A model generated the notes under the pieces. It was given only the letters and a program-made list of their open reading frames with translations, did no database searches and was not told the origin of the DNA. The position numbers and the translations under genes were made by a program. Shown in pieces: positions 11,624-23,730 of a stretch of 32,777 nucleotides of DNA. The DNA comes from Octopus sinensis (taxonomy: Eukaryota). Within the stretch, counting starts at the first letter, position 1. Each line of letters opens with the position of its first letter. The DNA lies in contig NW_021832739.1 of NCBI RefSeq assembly GCF_006345805.1, positions 1 to 32,777 on the forward strand, in the 5' to 3' direction.

Positions 11624-11972
11624 GAGGTGCAGTGGTTAGGGCAGCGGACTGGCGGTCATAGGATCGCGTTTTCGATTCCCAGACCGGGCGTTGTGAGTGT
11701 TTATTGAGCGAAAACACCTAAAGCTCCACGAGTCTCCGGCAGGGGATGTGGCGAACCCTGCTGTACTCATTAACCACAACTTTCACTTACTCTTACTTCA
11801 TATTTCTCTTGTGTCTGTAATTCAAAGGGTCAGCCTTGTCACACTCTGTGTCACTCTGAGAGTACACGTGTCTGTGGAGTGCTCAGCCACTTGCACGTTA
11901 ATTTCACGAGCAGGCTGTTCCGTTGATCGGATCAACTGGAACCCTCGTCGTCCTAAGCGACGGAGTGCCAAC
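11624..11972 (+). mobile_element. tRNA-headed SINE family B
   Basis: AGTGGTTAGGGCAGCGGAC...TTCGATTCCCAGACCGGGCG head. The tail GGAACCCTCGTCGTCCTAAGCGACGGAGTGC matches the 25761 copy. Confidence 0.9.
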
Positions 11973-12129
11973 AATACATACATATATATATATATACGTC
12001 TACTTGTGGTGTCCTGTACTCACGTATATATATTTATATATATGCATGTATATATACATGTAGATGTAGGTACGTACATATATGTATGTATGCATATATT
12101 TTATTTATTACACTATATATATATATATA

Positions 12130-12273
<144 letters not shown>

Positions 12274-12639
12274 CAATGCATATATAGATATAATCTTTGT
12301 ACACAAACGTAGAAGGCTTTGTAAGTTACGGAGAGAAAGCTACGATGGAAGCCTCATAGTATAATAATAACTTCATAATGGCGTATCATAATATTTTATT
12401 CTATGATTTGAAGCGACAAACAAATGACTGAAAAACGATGAGCTAACCCCAGCAAAAACCGAACACATGAATCAACGCTAACTTGGCCCCTTGCACATTT
12501 GATTCGGCCAAACGTTCATCCATCAATTTTAACCAAATTTAGCTAATATATACTTAAACTGTCTAATACTACATATGATATTTGTAAACAAACGCATTTG
12601 TTTGCAAATATTATATGTAGATAACCACACGTTTTCGGC

Positions 12640-13348
12640 CGTGTTTCAAGTGCTTAGAACCCTCCTGAAAATTCTTGCTGTCACTAAGGGAGAAATTTTC
12701 TATAGGAGCCTCAACCGAGCATTCTAATTCAGTCTCCTTCAACCATTTGTCTATAGCTTGGTTTACTGTTCCCAAAACACCAATTATTATAGACACGACC
12801 TTTACTGATCGCATGCTCCAAATTCTTTCTATTTCAAATTTTAAGGGATTGTATTTTCTTTCTTTTTCTTCCTCTTTCTTTACGATTCTAGAATCAAGCG
12901 GTCATTATGGGTCATAAGTAAGTAACTTTGCTTTCTCTTATCTATGATCCTAATATCTAGCCTATCATTTTCTAACCTCTTGTCTGTTTGCAGAAAGTCT
13001 AGCATAATCTTACGTTTCTCCGATTCTTGTATTTTTCGACTCGATGACTGTTTCCAGCTTCAAATCCCCATTTTAGGCATAGTTACCTCCATTTCTTATA
13101 TTCTTCCAGTACCTACTTGGGACATTCTACCACAATGCATGCCACTGTCTCGTTCCAAATTTCACAGGATCTATATTTTTCTGACACAGTCTTGCCACAT
13201 ATATTTTTTCTCAAGTTGTTTGTTTGTATGACTTGCTCTTGGGCTGCTACAGTTAAGCTCTCTGTTTCCTTTTCTTAATTGCCCCTTTTTTAAACCAAGC
13301 CTTGTATTTTGTTCCACCTATGTCTTCAATGGCTCTCGAAAATTGGCC
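12640..13348 (-). mobile_element. Decayed REL-LINE (R4/Dong-like) C-terminal fragment
   Basis: Minus strand across frameshifts: HGQF...KETESLTVAAQEQ...KIMLDFLQTDKRLENDRLDIRIIDKRKQ...MRSVKVVSIIIGVLGTV...TARIFRRVLST*, with the stop at 12648-12646. Confidence 0.8.
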
Positions 13349-13715
13349 ATATTATTATTATTATCTTTTTTATCACAGATTTTGTTGGAGCTCCTGGAAT
13401 CTTACTAACTGCATCCTACAGTACCATGCTATTCGTTCTTTTCAGCTGTCTGATACTTTCCTGGTTATTCTGGCCGTGCCAAGAAGGCAAACCTTTTGTA
13501 ACAGCTCTACTGGGTACTCTATTCCAATTTCCTTTATATTTACCTTGACGCCTTCTGATACTGTTCTCAAGGATTCAACAATAATTGGTACTATCTTCAC
13601 CTTCTTTTTCCATAGCCGGGTTATTTCGTACTTAAGAAATATATAGCATATTTTGACATCATCTCCTTCGAAATAGTCACCCTGCGCAGCGATAATCTCT
13701 GCCCAGTGCACATGT
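13349..13715 (-). mobile_element. REL-LINE 3' fragment with 3'UTR and (TAA)n tail
   Basis: ORF 13442-13711 reads KYEITRLWKKKVKIVPIIVESLRTV...VELLQKVCLLGTARITRKVSDS*. The minus strand ends in a (TAA)n tail, seen on the plus strand as an ATT run from about 13348. Confidence 0.8.
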
Positions 13716-14073
13716 ATTACAGAGGGAAGCTAAGATATGACTCTTACAACGTCATACAGATTTTTTCTTGAGAATTATGAATGCACGTTATGCGCCCGAG
13801 GAGTAACCTACCACTTACATTGTAATACAATCGATTGGTAATGCAGACGATCGATTTGATCGGATTGATCAAAACAGCTGGAATAGAGATAGGCCAGACC
13901 GACATGATATTAGATTGCCTTTTCTTCTATATTTGTGTATACGTGGCGTGTGTTTGCGCGTTGACATGTATGTATATACATGTGCGTGTGCGTGCAAGAG
14001 TGTTTATGTTTGTATATATATATATATATATGCGCATGTGTGTGCATGTGTATATGTATATATATATAAACTA

Positions 14074-14497
14074 TTTTACTCTTTTACTCTTTTACTTGTT
14101 TCAGTCATTTGACTGCGGCCATGCTGGAGCACCGCCTTTTGTCGAGCAAATCGACCCCGGGACTTATTCTTTGCAAGCCTAGTACTTATTCTATCGGTCT
14201 CTTTTGCCGAACCGCTAAGTTACGGGGACGTAAACACACCAGCATCGGTTGTCAAGCAATGCAAGAGGGACAAACACAGACACACAAACATATACACACA
14301 AATACATATACATATATATATATATATATATACATATATACGACAGGCTTCTTTCAGTTTCCATCTACCAAATCCACTCATAAGGCTTTGGTCGGCCCGA
14401 GGCTACAGCAGAAGACACTTGCCTAAGATGCCACGCAGTGGGACTGAACCCGGAACCATGTGGTTGGTAAGCAAGCTACTTACCACACAGCCACTCC
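14074..14497 (-). mobile_element. tRNA-headed SINE family A, well preserved
   Basis: Reverse complement of the 4865 consensus; the tail ends in (TAAAAGAG)-like repeats. Confidence 0.92.
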
Positions 14498-14559
14498 ATA
14501 TATATATATGCGTATGTGTGTGTTTGCGTGTATATATGATGATTATCTATTGATAGGCA

Positions 14560-15000
14560 CACTCATACACACATAAAATACACACATGCATTCACATTTA
14601 TACACACATGATACATACACACTCACACATCGACACCCGCATACACATACTTACATACACACGTACATATTCGCAAGCACTCACTCACATACACACACCC
14701 ACATACATATGCATATACCCACATATACATCAGACACATACATAAGCACATACACATATATACTGACACACGCATATACACATATATGCTTACATGCATA
14801 CAGGCACTCACATATATACATACACACACATAACACACAACGCTCACGCACACATACAAACACGCTTACACACAAGCACAAACACGCTCTCACACGTACG
14901 CATATACACGCCCACGTACACACACAACACACATTCACACACAAACAAACACACTCACACACTCTCATACATACACACACGCCCTCACACATAACACACA
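14560..15000. repeat. Degenerate (CA)n/(CATA)n low-complexity tract
   Basis: Direct reading; the source of the His/Thr-rich ORFs. Confidence 0.9.
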
Positions 15001-15532
15001 CTCGTTCAAACAAAAACATGGAGAGGCTTGGATACAGAAAGACAGAAGCGCATGTCTGTACATATTTTTTTGTTTCGTTTCGTTGTGTTTTGTTTACTTT
15101 TGTTCTTTCTTTGTTTCCAGTTTCTCTTGTTCTATTGTCCGATTGTTTAAACACGGGAATCTCTGGCGGTATTTGATTAGAGCCACTACTTCCTATCTGC
15201 TTTACGTTTCATTGCCCTGGAGTCACTGAGTGAAAGTTACAATTGCATTTAGCAGGATTGATTGAATCAGCTGACCTGTTCTCTAAGCAAAAGAAACAAA
15301 AAAATAACATGGCTTTTGTCATTGGTCAAATGTTATCATTCATTGCCCAGTTGTCTTTTCAAAACGGATGAATCAATGAAAGAACCACAACATGCCTGGT
15401 TGATCCGTTAGAAACACATGTCTAATGCTGTTTCAAATACACCATACACACACACACACACTTTCGCTCTTTCTCTCTCTCACTCTTCCTTCCTATACAT
15501 CTATCTATCTATCTAACTATGTATCTATATAT

Positions 15533-15544
<12 letters not shown>

Positions 15545-15574
<30 letters not shown>

Positions 15575-16368
15575 CTCAACTTGTGTGTCCGTGTGTGTAT
15601 CTGTGTGTGTGTCTGTGCGTTTAACTTCCCGGCATATCTCCTCCTAGCCAACAAATCGTAGAACCACCAAAAATGGGTCACTTAAAGTTTAGGCGAATGA
15701 AAATTGAACTGCGCTATTTCTGTTCCAAAATTCATCTCGCAAGTGCAAAAATCGATAATGTGTTTGTTTAGGCCTTATCCCATACATTGAATAGTGAACT
15801 TTACTCCGTCAGCTGTTTGACGTGAATTGTGTTCACCACGCGTACAAGCATGGTGTGAAAAATAAAAAAATCAAGATATAAAAACGAATCGCCGTAAACA
15901 TTGTAGAAATTCGGCAAAGAAATGAATTTTCGGGATGTAGCCTGGAGGGTTATTTCGTATTAATCGTTTGGACTTTGTGAACTCATACAAATTGTTTTCA
16001 TAACATTTTTAACGCTTTGAATTAAATGTGACCATTTTGCGTTGAGTCTGCAGTTTTATCAGGCCGGATTTTTGATCATCACGATACATCGCCAGCGACT
16101 CCCTGAAACTCTCCCCTGAAATCCCCGTTGAGAAATACTGATCTAAAAGAATAATTCAACAATGCAATTATTTGATCAACAAAAATTTATGAAATGCTTC
16201 TACGTTCTTCCTATTGAGGAAATGGAACACATAAGCGCAAAAATAGAGGGCATTAAATGCTTGATTTTAAAACCAAAATAATTGAATTTTGATTGAACTT
16301 CATCCGAGTTTAACTTAATTCGCACGTGCATAGAACGCACGAGCGCATGAGCCGGGCAATACAGCTAG
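15545..16368 (+). mobile_element. Non-autonomous Helitron-like element (HINE-type)
   Basis: 5' TATATAT-TAAAACT followed by a (TGTG/TCTG) run. The 3' end is GC-rich (GCACGAGCGCATGAGCCGGGC) and closes CTAG (16365-16368)|T inside a TA run. Confidence 0.55.
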
Positions 16369-16523
16369 TATATATATATATATATAATTATCTATCCGTT
16401 TATCTGTCTATTTATATATCAAGTTATCCGTCTATCATTGATTAGTCAATCTATCAACCTGCCAACCTACCTATTAATCTAACTATCTATCTCTTTATCT
16501 CTTACTATCTCTTCCTCTCTCAC

Positions 16524-16560
<37 letters not shown>

Positions 16561-16606
16561 ATATATATATATATTACATCTATACATCTGTCCATTTCTA
16601 TCTATC

Positions 16607-16805
16607 TTTAAACGGAGACTGGACAGATTTCTTCAGGGAATACCGGATAACCCACCCATACTTGGATACAACTCACTCAACAAGAACTCACTACTTGAAT
16701 GGATCATAAACAAAACTTGACTTAAACAGGATTTAGATAATCCTATCAGGTGGTGCTATTAAGTTAGACGCGGCCTGGACCAATCCTTGGTCGAAACACA
16801 TCTAA
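16607..16805 (+). mobile_element. 3' end of a CR1/L2-group LINE with 3'UTR stem-loop
   Basis: FKRRLDRFLQGIPDNPPILGYNSLNKNSLLEWIINKT* (stop 16718-16720) fits the FK..LD.FL..IPD.P...GY.....NSL C-terminus I recall for this group. It is followed by the hairpin GACCAA-tcc-TTGGTC-GAAAC. Confidence 0.65.
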
Positions 16806-16817
16806 GTTTTATCTATG

Positions 16818-16863
<46 letters not shown>

Positions 16864-16917
16864 CATATATATACATATATATACATATATATATATACAT
16901 ATCCATTTATATATATA

Positions 16918-16975
<58 letters not shown>

Positions 16976-17065
16976 CAACAATTGAGGGTAAATTAATTAG
17001 TTATTAATCAATTTCACCAAGTATTCAGTATGTAAAAGGACCATTTAAGGTGAATTCAAAAATAT

Positions 17066-17227
17066 ACATTATATAATTAGGGCTTAGTAAATAAATTACT
17101 TTGCCACATACTGAGAGAAATTTTCTTTAAGTAGTGGAAATGGCAAAAAAATTTTTTGGCTGCTATTGCTAGCAAATTCAGTATGTGGCAAAGTAATTTA
17201 TTTTACTAAGCCCTAATTATATAATGT
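17066..17227. repeat. Inverted repeat with 49/50-bp arms
   Basis: 17066-17114 equals the reverse complement of 17178-17227 except for one inserted base; the spacer is 63 nt. Confidence 0.9.
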
Positions 17228-17899
17228 AATATATATATATATATATATATATCCGCTGTATATCTATCTATCTATCCATCTATCTATCTACCTGTCAATC
17301 TATCTCAGGTGTCATGCCTACAAGTGTTAGCGATCATAGACTTCAACTAAAACTGAAGACTTACAATTTTTCCTGGGGGAAGGTATATGAGTGGTTTCCC
17401 CGTTATCCTCCACCATCTCCTGTACAGCTTACTCTGCAAGTCGAACTAACCCTTCCTCAAACTAGCCCTTGTCCTACAGAGCTTATATACCCTACAGTAA
17501 GTTTCTTTTCACAAGTACACATTCACTGGACCACTAATTTTATATACATACATGAAAATGAAATTTCTTATCTTCCATTTTAAAGGGTTACAGAATTAAC
17601 ACAGGTTATAGGAACATAAACCTTCTCCACGAAAAGATAGCTTAAATTGTGCTCTAAATTGAGGTGTAGTCAAATCCTATTTTATGGACTCAACCATGTT
17701 CTAAAATAAGTCGAAAGTTAAGCTACTATAAATCGGCACGAACTTTCCGGACAACAATGCAGCAGGAATATCAAAACATATCGGAAAAATAGTGAAAAAT
17801 AGTCAAAAGAATGAATTAGAATTGAAGTGTAAATAATATGAACATTTAGGAATATCTAAAACATAGAATGATATATAATCTACGAGAAATGATGTATCT

Positions 17900-18196
17900 G
17901 TGTGTGTGTGTGGAAGAGACACAATGTGTGCGTATGTGCTGTATGTGTGCGGGTGAGAGAGTTTGTGTGAGTGAGAGTGAGAGTTTCGTTTGTGTAAGAG
18001 TGTGTTGCTGTATGAGTGTGAGTGTGTGTGTCTGAGAGGAAAATATTGTATGTGTGTGTTCTGTGTGCATGCATTACAGTCAGTGTGTGTGTGTGTTCCT
18101 GCTTGTGTGTCTGTGTGTGTGAGTGTGTGTGTGTATGTGCGTGTGTGCTGCATGTGTATGTGTGTTAAAGAGAGAGAGAGAGTGTGTGTGAGAGCT

Positions 18197-18231
<35 letters not shown>

Positions 18232-18448
18232 GTGCATGTGAGATTGTTTGTGTGCCGTATGTGAGTGAGTGTGTATGAGAGAAAGAGATTGTGTGTGTTT
18301 TATATGCATGCGTGAGAGGCTGTGTGTGTGTTTGTGTTGGTGTTTGTAGGCGAGTGTGTGTGTGTGCTTGTGTTTGTGTTTGTATTTGTGCGTGTATGTG
18401 TGTGTATGATAGATGTGTGTGCTAAAGCGTATGAATATGTGAGTGTGT

Positions 18449-18490
<42 letters not shown>
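17900..18490. repeat. Degenerate (TG)n/(GA)n tract
   Basis: Direct reading. Confidence 0.9.
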
Positions 18491-18772
18491 GTACGTAGAG
18501 ACAAATGAAAATTCATAACCAGAGTACAAGAGCTATAATTTCCGCATTAGTTCACCATAAAAGTTCACTTTTTTTCCCTTGAACTTTTGACGGTCCGTTC
18601 ACATCCGTTGGACAGCTGACCTGTGCAAAGGTGGATGCCTTTTGTTTTCAGTCCTGCAGATCAATATTACGTCGTGTTTGCACCAAGTTGCTGTTTTAAT
18701 CGAAATATTCCACCAATATTCCATGCATTTTTTTATCTTTATATAAGAATGTTATTTTGTTTTTATTTCAAA

Positions 18773-19174
18773 GCGGTGCGCTGGCAGAATCGTTAGCAGG
18801 CCAGGCAAAATGCTTAGCGGTATTTTGTCTGCCGTTACGTTCTGAGTTCAAATTCCACCGATGTCAACTTTGCGTTTCATCCTTTCGGGATCGATTAAAT
18901 AAGTACCAGTTACGCAATGGGGGTCGATATAATCGATTTAATCCGATTGTCTGTCCTTGTTTGTCCTCTCTGTGTTTAGCCCCTTGTGGGTAGTAAAAAA
19001 AATAGGTATTTCGTCCGACTTTACATTCTGAGTTCAAATACCATCGATGTCGACTTCACCTTTTAACATTTCGGGCTCGATAAATCAAGTACCAGTTGCA
19101 TACTGGGGCCGATTTAATCGACTTAGCTCCTCACACAGAATTTCAGGCCTTGTACATATACAAGGAAGCATTAT
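18773..19174 (+). mobile_element. SINE family C: full copy (18773-19004) fused to a 5'-truncated copy (19005-19174)
   Basis: Head GCTGGCAGAATCGTTAGC...GAGTTCAAATTCC (A/B-box-like); core AATAAGTACCAGTT...GGGTCGAT. The second copy restarts at GGTATTTCGTC. Confidence 0.85.
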
Positions 19175-19317
19175 TTTGTTTTATTTTTAAACGCCTTGTT
19201 AATGAGGAACGAAACCCTTTTCTATGCTAGATACAAGACCCCTACTTCAGAATTTCAACACCATGAACTACTTATTAGTATGTATGTTTGTATGTTTGCA
19301 ACATTTGCGGTCAGTTA

Positions 19318-19534
19318 GGGTGGTGAACTGGTAGATTCGTTAGCACAACGGGCAAAATACTTTGCGGCATTTCGTCTGTCTTCGTGTTTTGAGTTCAAAT
19401 TCCGCCGAGCTCGACTTTGCCTTTCAAGCTTTCCGGGTCTATAAAATGAGTATCAACTGAACTCTAAGGTCGATGTAGTCGACTTAACCCCTCGACCCAC
19501 ATTACTGGCCTTGTGCCAACATTTGAAACCAATA
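19318..19534 (+). mobile_element. SINE family C, diverged
   Basis: GGTGGTGAACTGGTAGATTCGTTAGC...GAGTTCAAATTCCGCCGAG...GGCCTTGTGCC. Confidence 0.85.
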
Positions 19535-19949
19535 TTTGAAGTCTCTGCATGTGCAAATTTGTTTGTGTAGTTTTATGTATGCATAACCATACATATATTT
19601 GCATGTCTAGATATGTGCGTATATGATTAAATGCTAAACTTATGGAAAGTTTTAATATCTTGACGGTTCTACCATATATACAATCATGTATATATATGAA
19701 TGTATGTATGTGTGTATATGCAACGCTACTTGAGTGATAATGATTTTATCGATCAGGTACAGATCAAAGGCAAAGTGAAAGCATATCGATATTTCAACTG
19801 TAACATTAAAGACAACATAATACGTTGTCCTCTAATCTCTCAGCTCTGACATCCACAGCCCCACAATAGAACAATATCATTAATTTGATTGATAAACAAA
19901 ATTAACGCGTATACAGTTAAATACATAAGCAGAAGAGTGTATGTATATA

Positions 19950-20890
<941 letters not shown>

Positions 20891-20892
20891 TA

Positions 20893-21100
20893 GTTCAAAT
20901 TTACAGGAAACAAGACGAAGACAGGTGTAAGAACGAGAATTGGATGTATTAGCTTAACGCTCAGAAAGAATGGAAAAGTCATTTACATTTCGAGCTACGT
21001 TCTTCGACAGAAAGGATTAAGAGTAAAAAAAAAAGGGAGAGAGAATGGAAAAAGAAGCAAAAAATAACGAGGAGAGATAAAATGTGTAGGGATGAACGGT
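20893..21100 (-). mobile_element. Family H1 PLE/pLTR-like repeat with hammerhead-like motif at 20978-21016
   Basis: AAGACGAAGACAGGTG is shared with 490-676. The minus strand reads ccttt CTGTCGA a gaac gta gctc GAAATGTA aatgac. Confidence 0.6.
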
Positions 21101-21263
21101 TCAACATGATGAAATAGCCAGAAGAAATAGGCTAAATGAAAGGGAGATAATGACGGTGACTCGGTCGAACGAACTTGTCTCGCGCACGCGTGTGTTTGTG
21201 TATGAGTGTGTATGTATGAATGGGGCTGAGTGTGTGAGTATGTATGTGAGGGCGAGCTGAAAA

Positions 21264-21302
21264 ATATATCCGAAGAAGAGCGTCTGCTCGAAACGTTAAA
21301 CC
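21264..21302 (+). ncRNA. Minimal type-I hammerhead-like motif, U4C (H1-related)
   Basis: CCGAAGA (21270-21276) a GAGC gtct GCTC GAAA CG TT, with a perfect 4-bp stem II and palindromic AACGTT stem III. Stem I is weak. Confidence 0.5.
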
Positions 21303-21832
21303 ATCTTTCGTTTCTTGGGCGTCTGCTAATACATTACAAGTACCACGTCCTCACATTGTTTTTTTTTTGTGTTTCTTCTTTTTGGATTTACTATATATAT
21401 ATATATTGTGTGTGTGTGTGTGTGTGTGTATGTGTGTGTGTGTGTGTGTGTTTGTGTGTGTTGTGTGTGTGTGTGTGTGCGTGTGTGTGTGTGTGTCTTT
21501 GTAAACATAAGGACACAGGAAATGTGTTAAGACCAACAGGAAACTGTGTTTCCAAGGGATAAATAACAGTAGCATTCTTCCCTTTCATGGGACTGTCACA
21601 TTAAGTTGACAACATACCATCACTTTATATATATTTATGTATATATCTTTTTAATATTATTATGTTTAATACTTTTTCTCAGTGTATTGCATGGTCGTTT
21701 ATCTTTTGCATCGTTAATTTTATTTTTGATCTTCTATGTAAATAAAGATATTTCTTTAGTTAGGCTGCTTTTCTGTCTACGAAATTAAAAGATACATTGC
21801 GGGGCTGTTATTTTAACGAGTTGTGTCTATTT

Positions 21833-21935
21833 ATCACCCGATGAGACACATCTGCACCGCCGGATGCTTCCGAACCAGTTAAGTGTCCCACCCTTGTAGG
21901 ATAGATATTAGATGCGTCGAAACAATTGACGTGAT
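21833..21935 (+). ncRNA. Type-I hammerhead-like motif with long loop 2 (family H3), U4C and U16.1A
   Basis: Stem I ATCAC (21833-37)/GTGAT (21931-35); core CCGATGA; stem II GACACATCT (21845-53)/AGATGCGTC (21910-18) with 8 of 9 pairs and a 56-nt loop; GAAA C AATT G AC; AATAAA follows. Confidence 0.6.
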
Positions 21936-22019
21936 TAGCAATAAATTCTCGTATAGTTCATCTTCCGTCTTTCATTTGCCATATATATATATACATTTTT
22001 CTCTCCTTGTTTCTATCCT

Positions 22020-22161
22020 TGTTTTTTCTTTGTTCCTTTCTGTAGAACAGCGTAGGCTCGAAACGTAAAAGACTTTTACTATTCCTGAGCGTTAATCTAA
22101 TTTATCTGTTTGTTTTGTACACCACCTGTCTTCGTCTTTTGTTCTTTTCGTAAACTCTCCC

Positions 22162-22165
<4 letters not shown>
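22020..22165 (+). mobile_element. Family H1 repeat with hammerhead-like motif at 22036-22071
   Basis: CTTT CTGTAGA a cAGC gtag GCTc GAAA CG TA AAAG: stem I CTTT/AAAG, GUA triplet at 22065-22067. The downstream CACCTGTCTTCGTCTT matches the other H1 copies, and the element ends at (TA)n. Confidence 0.65.
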
Positions 22166-22214
<49 letters not shown>

Positions 22215-22249
22215 CGATAAAAACAGACGAATGGATTACATGGTATGTC

Positions 22250-22520
22250 TGATTTGCAACATCTATAACATACTACCAAACACTATAGAGACTCTCAAGT
22301 CTTCAGGCTACACCACACTGTATATGGACGTGCCCATTTATTTACAAGACTGTCAGATGTTCTTATATGTCGCTGGTCTGAATGCCCTTCCATTATTCCC
22401 TGAATTATATCCTTCCGTTCTACTCCTCCGGAGCGTTTTTGTTTATGTCGCTACTATGTTCTCCTTTCATTGTCTTGGAATCCTTTTTTTCCGATCTGAA
22501 GGATACCACTTGGTAACTGC
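22250..22520 (-). mobile_element. Possible decayed RTE-clade LINE C-terminus
   Basis: Minus strand reads ...KDIIQGIMEG...DSLVNKW..., resembling the IIQG..EG.R..GRP...W.D C-terminus of RTE ORFs. It is strongly degenerate. Confidence 0.35.
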
Positions 22521-22726
22521 ACGGGTCCGACTATAGTCTGCGAATCTATTTTCGGCCAAACAGGACTTCTGCGTTCACTATTCTTGATAATTGACCGATT
22601 TTGATAGAATTGATACTATTAATAATTAGTTTTAACAAAATCAGGTCTTATCCCTTACATATATACGTGAAGATCTTCTAAAATGTATGTTTTTGATATT
22701 TATAAAAACACACACATACTCACACG

Positions 22727-22758
<32 letters not shown>

Positions 22759-23730
22759 CTAGCTGACGTAGCCGGTAATTCCAAATTCCAGGGAAAGTGG
22801 GGTTTATACCTTGGTTCATAATTGTTTCACTAATCCTATAACAACAATACAATGTATGTAGTTTTTGTGCATTTACAGAGAATACCGAACTGTTTTAGAC
22901 AGGATCTTGCTTTTTGGAATTCACAATACGTTATGAATGCCCAATTGCGAACTCAGTTATGTAATAACAGGAAATTAGTTACCCAATAGTAAGAATTCAA
23001 ATTAAGTATCCCCGAAAAGGGTTTTAATGCGTTCCCAGAGTATATAGAACTTAGGAAGAAATACTAATAAGTTATGTATACTAAAATCGTGAAGCACGTT
23101 ACGTAATAACAGGCTAATCACATATGAGATAACAATTCAAAGTAAATAACTCTGAAAAGGGCTTTTGAGCGTTCCCAGAGAATATTACTCTCAGGAGCGC
23201 TAGAGTTGGTATATTCGTGAATTAGTCACTAACCGAAATAAGTGGATCTATTGTTTAGGAAAATGCTATTTACTTGTTTGAGGGTTGTACAGGATAAATT
23301 GCGAAAATAACTCTAACAGTACAAATGCTAAGAAATAAGCACACTCAATTTAATTTTTACCAAATAATTTATGAACATGAATGGGTTACTTCCCTTGGCT
23401 ATATATAAGGATTCCTTCCAGGGATGAATGGGTTATATATCAGATATATATAAGGATCCCTTCCAGGAGCCCTATTAACGATTTTTGCAACAATCTGAGT
23501 ACGCCGTGAGGTTTCCAGACATGCGTTCTACTCACGTGTCACGTGTCATCAAAATCGATAAAAAGATGCGGGAGGAGTTAGTTAACAACTCCCTAAACAC
23601 ACCCACAGACAGAAGTTCCCACATATGTAGGATATTCCACCACCTTTCCGCCATTTTCCATCTCGTAAATTACAAAGCCTGATGACGGAAACAGCCAGAC
23701 GTATATTTCTCGCAGACTACTATATTAATA
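22759..23730 (-). mobile_element. Non-autonomous Helitron-like element with internal tandem duplications
   Basis: The minus strand ends GGAATTACCGGCTACGTCAGCTAG|TA in a TA run. Internal duplications lie at about 22995-23045/23135-23185 and 23378-23468. The 5' boundary is uncertain. Confidence 0.5.

Noticed and set aside
16763-16805. GACCAA-tcc-TTGGTC-GAAACACATC as a decayed hammerhead
   Set aside because: No CUGANGA lies upstream. Its position right after a CR1-like ORF stop is better explained as a LINE 3' recognition stem-loop.
21104-21145. ATGATGA-ATAGCC...GGCTA...GAAA as a further hammerhead
   Set aside because: It needs several core and spacing changes, and there is no stem I, stem III or NUH support.
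23679-23700. CTGATGA-CG-GAAAC exact core words
   Set aside because: There is no room for stem II and no NUH or stem I pairing; treated as a chance match inside the Helitron-like element.
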